Below, one piece after another: positions 26,475 to 34,860 of a stretch of DNA of 47,548 bases. A program made the translations under genes and the position numbers. Position 1 is the first letter of the stretch. Every line of letters starts with the position of its first letter. Below the pieces are notes generated by a model. That model was not told where the DNA came from, ran no database searches, and saw only the letters and a list, made by a program, of their open reading frames with translations. Origin of the DNA: a virus (Duplodnaviria; Caudoviricetes); the IMG/VR virus record IMGVR_UViG_3300037790_000016, positions 1-47,548 of that record; one strand, written 5' to 3'.

Positions 26475-27311
26475 ATGTCAGATACCATATTAGAGCAAAG
26501 CGAATACAAAGAGCCGATTAATAAACACCAATTAATAGAATTAGATAAAGTAAAAGCAAAAGAGATAGAAGTAGACGGAGAAACTAAAACCGTTTACCCT
26601 TTTGTACTTACCTCTGAAATAGTAGATAGAGACGGTGACGTAGTTATAGTAAACGATATGAATATCGACAACTACAAAAAGAACGCTCAGGTATTCTTTG
26701 AACACGATACTAACAAACACTCAGTAGGTAAAGCTTACAATGTTAGGAAGCTGAAAGGTAAGGTAGTTGGTGATGTATGGTTTCACGAATTGGACGAAGA
26801 GTCTAAGCAAATAAAAAGATATGTAGAAGCTGGCGTATATGAAGCTGGCTCTATTGGTTTCAGAGTGTACGGCTCACGAAAGAGAAGAGCCGATAGAAGC
26901 GAAAAAACACCGTTTGAAACTGTAAACGAATTAACACCAACCGAATTATACGAGTTTTCAGTAGTTAAAATCCCAGCCAATCCAGAGGCAATAAGAAAAG
27001 CATACCAAAGGGAGGTAGAAGCTAAGCAAAAAGGATTATTAGAAGAGGGGGATAATATAATGGAAGTTAAAGCTGGTGCGGTGCTTAGTCAAAAGAATAA
27101 ACAAAACTTAATAGATGCTAAAGAGAAAATCGAAAAGGTTTTAGCGAGTGCTGAGAGCGAGAAGTCCGAACAAGTAACCGAACAAGTAACCGAGCAGGTC
27201 GAAGAGATTAAAAGATACTCACTAAAAGAGTGGAATAAGCTAAACACAAAACGAATAACATTGAAAGAATATAATCAATTATTAAATAAAGAGGGTAGAA
27301 ATGCCAGATAA
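26475..27311 (+). CDS. HK97-family prohead protease
   Basis: VDRDGDVV, FFEHD, VGK, SIGF, LYEFSVVKIPANPEA. Confidence 0.9.
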   Translation: MSDTILEQSEYKEPINKHQLIELDKVKAKEIEVDGETKTVYPFVLTSEIVDRDGDVVIVNDMNIDNYKKNAQVFFEHDTNKHSVGKAYNVRKLKGKVVGDVWFHELDEESKQIKRYVEAGVYEAGSIGFRVYGSRKRRADRSEKTPFETVNELTPTELYEFSVVKIPANPEAIRKAYQREVEAKQKGLLEEGDNIMEVKAGAVLSQKNKQNLIDAKEKIEKVLASAESEKSEQVTEQVTEQVEEIKRYSLKEWNKLNTKRITLKEYNQLLNKEGRNAR

Positions 27312-28680
27312 TAAAACTGAAATTGTGATGACTCCAGAGGAGTTAGAGCAAACGAAGTCCGAAGCGGTTAAGACTGTTAAAGAGCAGTTAGAAGCTAAGG
27401 AAAAAGAATTATCACAAATGAGTGGTAATTCAGAGCTTATTGCGAAAATGCAAGAGCAAATAGAAGAGCTTAAAACAGCTCAGGAAAAAGCATTGGAAGG
27501 TGCTAAGGAAGTTGAGAAGTCTGAGGAAGTGAAAACTACTGTAAAAGCAGACCAATCACAAAAAAGACAAGATATGTTTAAGAGACCTATCGAAGTAAAG
27601 GATAGTAAATTCCCAGTTTTGGGAACTATAGCACTTGCAACGGCTTTAGGTGTTCAACAACGTAAGACAGCTTTAGAGGTTCTTAATGACCATATAAAAT
27701 CTAATTCTTACACCGATGTTGCTTATAAAGCTATTAGGTATATGGAGAACGCTTCTAAAGGTATTCAAAACGGTCATAATAACTTTATTAACCAAGCTAA
27801 GTCAATTGGTATGGGCTCTATCTTAGAGGGTGCTGGTTTGGGTGCTCCAGATGCTGATGCTGAATTGATACAAGCTCTAAGACCAGAAAACTCAATACAG
27901 TCAATGACTGGATTGTATAAAGAGGTTAGACTTACGAATGGTACAGCTAAAGTTAATATTGTTGACAACGGTATGAGTGCCTATCATGTTGGTTCGAAGT
28001 CAGGTGGTAACGAGTCTAATGCTGGTTTGGGTCAAAGAATATTGAATGCTAAGAAAATAGCTGGTTTATCAGTAATTGATAATGATAGATTAAGATTTGG
28101 TGACTTTAACGTGGCTTCGGAAATTGAACAAGATATTATGAATGGGATTATTCAAGAATGGGATAGAGGATTCTTGGATGGTTCTGGCTCTGACCACGAG
28201 CCTTCAGGTTTAATAGTAAGTGCTGGTAACTCGTTTACGAGAACTACTTCACCAGACGCTACTAAGATTGGTAAAGACCTTAGAAAAGCTAAAAGACAAT
28301 TACAAGACGATGATATCAAACTTCTCTCACCAGCTTGGGTAATGAGACCAGCTACGAGAACTGCAATCGAAGACCAGTACACTTCTAATAAAGACCAGAT
28401 GCACTATGCTTCTAGGCTTGAAAGTGATGGTACTTTAATGGGTTATAGAGTTATTACTACAAACAATATGCCTACTGGTACTGACCATTGTGTATTATTA
28501 GTAGATGCCTCTGAGTTAATCTTAGGTTTGGGTTATGGTATTGTAATAGACGTGGATAGCTCAGTAGCATTCGATAATGACCAAACTAAGATAAGAGGTT
28601 TATTCTCTTACGACTTAGCATATAAGAGAACGAATGGAATTTGTAAAATAGGAAGCACATCAGATTGGGAGGATGCATAA
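27301..28680 (+). CDS. Major capsid protein (HK97 fold, N-terminal coiled-coil delta domain)
   Basis: Position; D..FL.GSG...EPSGL, AWVM.P.T, GTLMGY.V..TNNMP. Confidence 0.9.
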   Translation: MPDNKTEIVMTPEELEQTKSEAVKTVKEQLEAKEKELSQMSGNSELIAKMQEQIEELKTAQEKALEGAKEVEKSEEVKTTVKADQSQKRQDMFKRPIEVKDSKFPVLGTIALATALGVQQRKTALEVLNDHIKSNSYTDVAYKAIRYMENASKGIQNGHNNFINQAKSIGMGSILEGAGLGAPDADAELIQALRPENSIQSMTGLYKEVRLTNGTAKVNIVDNGMSAYHVGSKSGGNESNAGLGQRILNAKKIAGLSVIDNDRLRFGDFNVASEIEQDIMNGIIQEWDRGFLDGSGSDHEPSGLIVSAGNSFTRTTSPDATKIGKDLRKAKRQLQDDDIKLLSPAWVMRPATRTAIEDQYTSNKDQMHYASRLESDGTLMGYRVITTNNMPTGTDHCVLLVDASELILGLGYGIVIDVDSSVAFDNDQTKIRGLFSYDLAYKRTNGICKIGSTSDWEDA

Positions 28681-28681
28681 A

Positions 28682-29152
28682 ATGTTAATAGATAGTCAAG
28701 CAAAAAAGATAGTAAATCAATATATCGGATATAGCGATGCTGTAGCTGGTGGTTCTGGAGATAACACGGCCGTAGTAAATGCTTCAGGAATTGATACTAA
28801 AAATTATTCGAGTGCTTTAATAGTAGTAAACGGAACTACTACTTTAGCAGAGGGGGAGACTTTAGCTCTAACTGTAGCAACTACTGAGTGTGCTACTTCA
28901 GGTGGTACTTATACAGCTAAAGAGACATTAGCGAACGCCGTAACTATAGCGACTGGTGACACTGGTGGTTCTACTGAGGCTGGTAGCGTTGGATATGTAA
29001 TAGACTTAGATGACTATAAAAGATATGCAAAGTTTAGTTTTACGCCAAACTTATCGGCTGGGTCAACTGACACGGCTGATTTATCTTATAGTGTGATATT
29101 ATGTAATGCTACTGAGCAACCAGTGAGCGTACCAAATACTACATTAGCTTAG
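28682..29152 (+). CDS. Putative capsid decoration protein
   Basis: T/G/A-rich beta-type protein right after MCP; GGAGG RBS. Confidence 0.6.
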   Translation: MLIDSQAKKIVNQYIGYSDAVAGGSGDNTAVVNASGIDTKNYSSALIVVNGTTTLAEGETLALTVATTECATSGGTYTAKETLANAVTIATGDTGGSTEAGSVGYVIDLDDYKRYAKFSFTPNLSAGSTDTADLSYSVILCNATEQPVSVPNTTLA

Positions 29153-29211
29153 TTTTTAACGTGGGGAGCTACATTGTGGCTCTCCGATTAAGAATTAATA
29201 AAGAGGATTAA

Positions 29212-29595
29212 ATGAGTTTAGATGTTTATAGATACTTAAACGCTGATGACGGCTCAGGTAGTGAAACAACTGATACAAACGGCGTAACAGTTTACACTTT
29301 AGATGCTACTGAAGCTATAACTACTTATGGCGTTGGTATAGATGGTTCGCCAGTAACTTATGAGTTAAAAGGAACTGGATTAACAGGGTCTGGAACTGTT
29401 AAGCTACAATTTACATTAGATAGTATAACGTGGACGGATGCCGTAGATAGTGATGGTAACGCTGTTAGCTTTACAACGAGTAGTGCGACATTGGACGAAG
29501 TAGTTAAAGACTTTCAAGTTATCGGAACGGCTCAAAGATGGAATATAGACGGTTCAAATACTGATGGAGATATAACTATTAAGGTGGTTAAGTAA
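29212..29595 (+). CDS. Putative virion structural protein
   Basis: T/D/G-rich; in the structural operon. Confidence 0.6.
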   Translation: MSLDVYRYLNADDGSGSETTDTNGVTVYTLDATEAITTYGVGIDGSPVTYELKGTGLTGSGTVKLQFTLDSITWTDAVDSDGNAVSFTTSSATLDEVVKDFQVIGTAQRWNIDGSNTDGDITIKVVK

Positions 29596-30080
29596 TGGGT
29601 ATAACAGTAATAAAAAAAGACGGTGGCTCTGGTGGTGGCGGTAGTGCTGGTGGTTTTTGGAATTCTGTAACAACCACTACTGATTTTGTCATTTCAAATA
29701 ACGGAACTTACACAGATGTAACAGGACTATCAGTTTCATTAGAAGCGAATAGTTTGTATTTGATAGCTTTAGAGTTGGGGGGGTATCGAGATGGTTCTGG
29801 TACTGGTCAATGGTTTTTAGATTATAGTGGGACTAAAGCTGATGGTGCGATTAGGGCACTCGATGATGCAACTGGTGCTGGTTACAGCTCGAGTGCTGAT
29901 ATACTTGCCAGTAAGGTTCAATACATTACAACTAGTGGAACTGTATTTGTATCTTTTAGAGGTTATATTGAAACAACAACAGCAGGTGACTTGCAAGTGC
30001 AACTCAAACAAGCGAATGTAACTATGGATGATACGGTATGTGTTGCTGGTAGTACAATAATGTATAAGAAGGTGGTGTAA
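29595..30080 (+). CDS. Putative virion fibre/decoration protein
   Basis: Gly linker followed by DVTGLS..LEANS.Y, a C1q/BclA-like beta domain. Confidence 0.55.
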   Translation: MGITVIKKDGGSGGGGSAGGFWNSVTTTTDFVISNNGTYTDVTGLSVSLEANSLYLIALELGGYRDGSGTGQWFLDYSGTKADGAIRALDDATGAGYSSSADILASKVQYITTSGTVFVSFRGYIETTTAGDLQVQLKQANVTMDDTVCVAGSTIMYKKVV

Positions 30081-30520
30081 TGAAGTTTAAAATTACAAAA
30101 GAAGTGGACGGTGTGTTTTATTTTGATGCTGAAGAGAATGGTAAACTTGTTAAACGTGGAGCTACCAAAGCACAAAGCAAGTCGGATGCAATAAAATTTT
30201 TAGAGACTAAACAAACTAATTACGAAAAAAGAGATGTCGATGCAGAAAAAATTAATGAATTTAAAGAACAGCTCCTGAACCAAGTTAAATATGAAGTATC
30301 GGCACTTTTACAAGCTACTGATTACAAGGTTATAAGACATAGAGACCAACTTGACTTAATAGCAAAGGGTGAGGTTATAACGACTACTCTATCGAGTCAG
30401 GAATATGAAGACCTGTTAAAAGAGAGAAACGCTTTGAGAGCAAAGAGCAACGAGTTAGAAGCTACTATTAACAGCAAACGAAGTGTAAACACACTTGAAA
30501 AGATTAAGATAGAATACTAA
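30080..30520 (+). CDS. Putative fibre assembly chaperone
   Basis: LL.ATDYKV.R..DQ...Y..L...R.ALR pattern of fibre chaperones. Confidence 0.5.
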   Translation: MKFKITKEVDGVFYFDAEENGKLVKRGATKAQSKSDAIKFLETKQTNYEKRDVDAEKINEFKEQLLNQVKYEVSALLQATDYKVIRHRDQLDLIAKGEVITTTLSSQEYEDLLKERNALRAKSNELEATINSKRSVNTLEKIKIEY

Positions 30521-30891
30521 TGCAATTAACAGAGAATTTCCATATTAACGAGTTCGCGTGTAAAGACGGTACACCAGTACCAGAGGCTCTTTACGACAAC
30601 GTAGAAGAGTTAGCTATTAACTTACAAGTTATAAGAGACTTTTGTGCTTGTCCTATTTACTTATTGAGTGGTTATAGAACAATAGACCATAATAAGAGGG
30701 TAGGAGGTGCAAAACATTCACAGCACTTGTTAGCTAAAGCTGGGGACTTGCGAACTACTGAATATACATCTAAAGAGCTTTACAATATAATAGAAGAGCT
30801 TATTAAGATAGGAGCTGTTAAACAAGGCGGTTTGGGTTACTATGATACGTTTGTTCACTATGATATTAGAGGTAAAAAAGCGAGATGGTAG
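30520..30891 (+). CDS. Endolysin, peptidase M15A family
   Basis: LTENF...EFACKDG, SGYRT..HN..VGGA..SQH...A.D, FVHYDIRG..ARW. Confidence 0.9.
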   Translation: MQLTENFHINEFACKDGTPVPEALYDNVEELAINLQVIRDFCACPIYLLSGYRTIDHNKRVGGAKHSQHLLAKAGDLRTTEYTSKELYNIIEELIKIGAVKQGGLGYYDTFVHYDIRGKKARW

Positions 30892-31313
30892 AGATAACAA
30901 AAGCACCATTAGCTAAAGAACCTTTGGAGCTGAAAAGACAAATTAAGCTTCAGTATAGGGAGTTGGTAACATTAACAGACCCATACCCAGACCAATGGAA
31001 ATTGAACTTTTTTGAAAAGATTAATTACTGGCTCAACAACGGAGCTAAGTATTCAAAACTGATATTTACGATAATAAATTTAATAACCAAAATAGGTATT
31101 ACAATGTCAACAAATAACGACAAAAAGACAACGAGAGCAGGGACAGTAAAGCTCATTATTACTGCAATAGTTAATATAATTGCAATTTTCTTTGCTACAG
31201 AGATAGACGCTGGTGTTCAAGAAGCAATAGCATTGTTTATTATAAATGCTTGGGCTATAGTGGATTGGATACAAAGTTTTTTCACTAACAAGCCAGACGA
31301 AGATGGAAAGTAA
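30885..31313 (+). CDS. Putative holin (second in-frame start at 31104)
   Basis: C-terminal half has two TM segments and a charged tail; follows the endolysin. Confidence 0.6.
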   Translation: MVEITKAPLAKEPLELKRQIKLQYRELVTLTDPYPDQWKLNFFEKINYWLNNGAKYSKLIFTIINLITKIGITMSTNNDKKTTRAGTVKLIITAIVNIIAIFFATEIDAGVQEAIALFIINAWAIVDWIQSFFTNKPDEDGK

Positions 31314-31488
31314 TGTAGCAACGTGGCTACCGTATATTTTTATAGGGGTGCTGGGCTTTTTAGCTACATCCCTATATAATTCATTCAACAAAGCCATAGA
31401 CAATTTGAATAAAACGATAGTAGAACTTAATAAGACTGTAGGTAAACTCGGTGAGCGTGTTTCACACTTAGAGGGTAAGGTTAATTGA
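31303..31488 (+). CDS. Small membrane + coiled-coil lysis-module protein
   Basis: N-terminal TM, C-terminal ERVSHLEG coiled coil. Confidence 0.6.
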   Translation: MESNVATWLPYIFIGVLGFLATSLYNSFNKAIDNLNKTIVELNKTVGKLGERVSHLEGKVN

Positions 31489-32138
31489 TAACAGTAGTAG
31501 CTATAAGTAGTGAACAAGATTATAACGGCTTGGATGAGTGGATAGACCACTTACCAGCTTCAGTTAATAAAGTAGTTGTTAAGACTGTAAAAGGTGGTAG
31601 CAACTTACTAATTGCTCAGGACGGCAATACTAAAATATATGAGTGGGGATATACAAAATTTAGATTTGACGAAGCTCGAAACTATGCACTTAGTAAAGTA
31701 GAAACTGATTGGTGTATAATGTTAGATATGGACGAACGGTTACAGATATTTGACAAAGATATTGAGTTTATAAGCTCTTTACCTAATGACGTTTACGGTG
31801 CTAAGGTTCGTTTGAATTGCTTTAATAATCAAGGTAGTTGCGGTGGTACTTATGAAGTCATTAGAGTAATGCGAAAAGATGTAAGATATTCTTACTATTG
31901 TCACGAAACGCCTCATAAATGGATTGAGGAAAGAGGATATAATGTAGTAGCAACGCCTTTGAATATAAGACACGATAGTTACTCTAATAAGGAATTGATG
32001 CCACATAAATTAGTAAGGAATTTTAATCTAATCTTAGACAATATTGAAGAGAATAGAGAAAATAGACAAGACCCTAAATTGTTGGGTGATTTATTTAGAA
32101 CATTAGAAGGGATTAAGAGATTTGGCACTACTAACTAA
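31485..32138 (+). CDS. Glycosyltransferase family 2-like protein
   Basis: FDEARNYAL....DWCIMLDMDE (DxD), CHE, I.H..Y motifs. Confidence 0.8.
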   Translation: MITVVAISSEQDYNGLDEWIDHLPASVNKVVVKTVKGGSNLLIAQDGNTKIYEWGYTKFRFDEARNYALSKVETDWCIMLDMDERLQIFDKDIEFISSLPNDVYGAKVRLNCFNNQGSCGGTYEVIRVMRKDVRYSYYCHETPHKWIEERGYNVVATPLNIRHDSYSNKELMPHKLVRNFNLILDNIEENRENRQDPKLLGDLFRTLEGIKRFGTTN

Positions 32139-32688
32139 AACCGATGTAAAAGATTATTTAGATATTTCAGGTGTCGATTACGACGATATTATCGATGACT
32201 TTATAAGTGAAACTGAGAACGATATTCTAAATAAGTTAGGTCAGGAAGTTGAAAGCACTACAGCTGATGTAATTATAATGGGTACTGGTAAGAGCCAAGC
32301 CCTGTTATTAAACCATCCAGTAACAGCTATAAATACTTTATCTTACAGAGCTGTACCAACTGACAGCTGGACTACTGTAGATAGTGACGATTATACATTA
32401 TACAAAGCTGACACTTGCGACTTTATCTATTACAATAGCTTTACAAAGGGTTACCAGTACAAGGTAAATATAACTTATGGTTATGGTAGTGTACCAGATG
32501 CAATAAAGAGCGTTGCTGTAGAAATGGTAACTGACAAACTACTTAATTCAAACGCTTCACCATTGCCAGAGGCTTTTAGACACGGAATAGCACAAAGAGC
32601 TGAGAGTACAAACGGATTTACAGGAACTACGACACTTAAACAAGCTGAGTATTACCATAGATTAGCTAAATACCAAGTAATACTATGA
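32122..32688 (+). CDS. Head-tail connector (gp6-like)
   Basis: LLT..DVKDYL.I...D.D.II, V.ITYGY..VPDAIK..A.EMV. Confidence 0.8.
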   Translation: MALLTKTDVKDYLDISGVDYDDIIDDFISETENDILNKLGQEVESTTADVIIMGTGKSQALLLNHPVTAINTLSYRAVPTDSWTTVDSDDYTLYKADTCDFIYYNSFTKGYQYKVNITYGYGSVPDAIKSVAVEMVTDKLLNSNASPLPEAFRHGIAQRAESTNGFTGTTTLKQAEYYHRLAKYQVIL

Positions 32689-33230
32689 AAAATATAGAAA
32701 GGGTAATAGAACAATTCCCATTGCTACTAAAAGAATTTAGTAAAGAGCTTTTAAATGCTTGGCAAGTTTCAGTTAGTAGACAATTTAGAGATAAAGACGA
32801 TAAGATATTTAATAACTCAGATAGACTTAGAAGTGGTACGAAAAAGACCAATTTAAGAGGTGATTTATCTCGAAATGCAAAGCCAGAAGTTAAAGATGGA
32901 AAAGCAATTTTAACTTGGGAAACTGACAAGCCCTACGCTGGTATTCAGAATAGAGGCGGTTTTATAAAAGCAAAACCAACTACGAATAGTAGAGGTAAAA
33001 AAACTTACAAGATGGCTCAGTACTTTTGGGCTAAAAGTTTTGAAGCTGATGTAAAAAGAAAAAGAGAATTGTATAAAAGAATAGCTCTAAGTGTAGAAAA
33101 AAAGGGCGGTGTTAATATCAAAGGTAAACACTACTTAGAGAATAGCTTAAAAGACTTTGAACAAACTCAACTACAAAGAGTAGTACAAGAGTTTTTTAAC
33201 AATATAGCAAAGGTATGGAATGCTAATTAG
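32685..33230 (+). CDS. Neck / virion morphogenesis protein
   Basis: Basic protein; PYAGIQNRGG.I, V.I....YL motifs. Confidence 0.7.
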   Translation: MKNIERVIEQFPLLLKEFSKELLNAWQVSVSRQFRDKDDKIFNNSDRLRSGTKKTNLRGDLSRNAKPEVKDGKAILTWETDKPYAGIQNRGGFIKAKPTTNSRGKKTYKMAQYFWAKSFEADVKRKRELYKRIALSVEKKGGVNIKGKHYLENSLKDFEQTQLQRVVQEFFNNIAKVWNAN

Positions 33231-33669
33231 AACGTGGCTACAAAGTGAATTAACAACTCTTTTTAGTGGTCTTACAGTAAACTCAAAGACTATTGAAATA
33301 GTTGACTCATTAGAAGAGCGAAACTACAATTATTTGGGTATTTACTTAGGTGATGAGACTAACAGTTACGCTATAAATGATGCACAAACGGAAGCAGGCA
33401 CTTCTATCAACTTTGAGTTAGCGTTTAGTGTAAAAGCGAGTATAGGGTCTTACAATGCCGTGCAAAATGAAGCTATAGAGAAAATCAAAAAGAAAATTTT
33501 AGAATATCGAAAGACATTATCAAAGAGTACAACTAATAGCGACTTTAAAGCTGAGATTATTGAAATGACTTATAACAATATATATCCAGTAATTGATGCA
33601 CAAAGTAAAGCGGTGTTACTCTTTATTGAAGGTGAAATTATTATTAATCAATATTTAATAGAGGTATAA
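33220..33669 (+). CDS. Putative tail terminator
   Basis: Size and position before the major tail protein. Confidence 0.55.
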   Translation: MLIRTWLQSELTTLFSGLTVNSKTIEIVDSLEERNYNYLGIYLGDETNSYAINDAQTEAGTSINFELAFSVKASIGSYNAVQNEAIEKIKKKILEYRKTLSKSTTNSDFKAEIIEMTYNNIYPVIDAQSKAVLLFIEGEIIINQYLIEV

Positions 33670-33670
33670 A

Positions 33671-34231
33671 ATGCCAAATTACAGAGATACGAGTGCCGTA
33701 GGTCAAGACTTAGGGTCTTCACGTATGGCAATAATGGAACACGACTCTGATTACGTAGTAACTGGGGAATTGATATTCTTACCAGTTATTGAAACTTCAG
33801 ACGTTGCAAACTCAGTAGCTACTTTATCTAAAGAGGATGAGGAAGGTGCTACTTACGAAGCTGATGGTGCTAAGACTATCACTAAGAACATCACAATAAT
33901 GCAAAAAGATGTTGACTCAGTGAGGTTACCAAGATTATTAGAAGGTAAAAACTTTGTTTGGGTAAAAGAGATGTCAAGGACAGCAGACCCTAACGGTGAT
34001 TATCTTTATGAAGTTGGTGTTGGTGCTAAATTATCACAAAATTACACTATTTCTGGTAAGTCTGGCTCAACTCCATTGACTTTTAACGTAACTAAAAATG
34101 ACACAGCCGTTGGTGTGGACTTAGCAGACTTTAATGACTCTAAATTCTTAGGGGATTTAACAGGAGCTTCATTAGTTACTATTACAGCTGACTATGGTTT
34201 CGACCACTTTGCAGTTTCACCATCATCATAG
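33671..34231 (+). CDS. Putative major tail protein
   Basis: Position before chaperone and tape measure; acidic, beta-rich. Confidence 0.65.
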   Translation: MPNYRDTSAVGQDLGSSRMAIMEHDSDYVVTGELIFLPVIETSDVANSVATLSKEDEEGATYEADGAKTITKNITIMQKDVDSVRLPRLLEGKNFVWVKEMSRTADPNGDYLYEVGVGAKLSQNYTISGKSGSTPLTFNVTKNDTAVGVDLADFNDSKFLGDLTGASLVTITADYGFDHFAVSPSS

Positions 34232-34240
34232 GAATAAGGA

Positions 34241-34660
34241 ATGATAAACGAATTTGAATACAAAGGACGTAAATTTAAAAGAATTGACTTTAAAAATCAA
34301 TACACCTTTGAACAATCAGATGAGTTTGATAAGATTAATACGGTGGTTACTGATGTAGCCACCTATCTTAACAACGCTCAAAAGTCAGGTTTAACTGAAT
34401 TACAAATGGGTATTGAGTTAAAGAAAAAACTACAGACTTCAAAGGTATTTCCAGAGCTATTAGCTCACGTATGGTATGATGCTGAAGACTCTGAATTTAA
34501 CATCGAAAACTTTAAAACTCGAATAGATTTCTTTAAAAAGATGCCGTTAGGTGTTATCAAAGAAAAAGGAATTTCTGAGGGTGTTCAAGATTTTTTGTTA
34601 GAAGGGATGAAGTCTTCAACGGAAGGTATCCAGAGCTTACTTCCAACAGCCAAAAAGTAA
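34241..34660 (+). CDS. Tail assembly chaperone (gpG-like)
   Basis: Position; ends shortly after a slippery site (QDFL). Confidence 0.75.
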   Translation: MINEFEYKGRKFKRIDFKNQYTFEQSDEFDKINTVVTDVATYLNNAQKSGLTELQMGIELKKKLQTSKVFPELLAHVWYDAEDSEFNIENFKTRIDFFKKMPLGVIKEKGISEGVQDFLLEGMKSSTEGIQSLLPTAKK

Positions 34661-34854
34661 GTGCTGAGATATTAAGAGAATTAGAAGGTATAACACCAGA
34701 GGCGGACTTAGACCCACCTCACAAATGGTTCTATACTTTTAAAATGGCTCATAAGGACTTTATCTTTCCAGAGGTTACAGAAAAATTATATAGAAGCCCA
34801 TTGATTTGGGTATTAGACAGCATACACCAAGATATTAAGAACGCCAAACATTAG
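34591..34854 (+). CDS. gpGT-like -1 frameshift extension of the tail chaperone
   Basis: T_TTT_TTG at 34591-34597; -1 frame open (FVRRDEVFNGRYPEL...DIKNAKH) to TAG 34852-34854, 6 nt before the TMP start. Confidence 0.75.
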   Translation, partial: FFVRRDEVFNGRYPELTSNSQKVSAEILRELEGITPEADLDPPHKWFYTFKMAHKDFIFPEVTEKLYRSPLIWVLDSIHQDIKNAKH

Positions 34855-34860
34855 GGAGTT

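Noticed and set aside
27166-27202. 12-bp tandem repeat (CCGAACAAGTAA) in the prohead protease gene
   Set aside because: In-frame EQVT repeat in a linker; ordinary slippage.
29165-29186. Hairpin GGGGAGCTAC/GTGGCTCTCC after the decoration gene as a novel RNA
   Set aside because: Most simply an mRNA-stabilising or weak terminator hairpin after highly expressed capsid genes.
31107-31550. 147-aa minus-strand ORF over the lysis genes
   Set aside because: Shadow of two plus-strand membrane genes.
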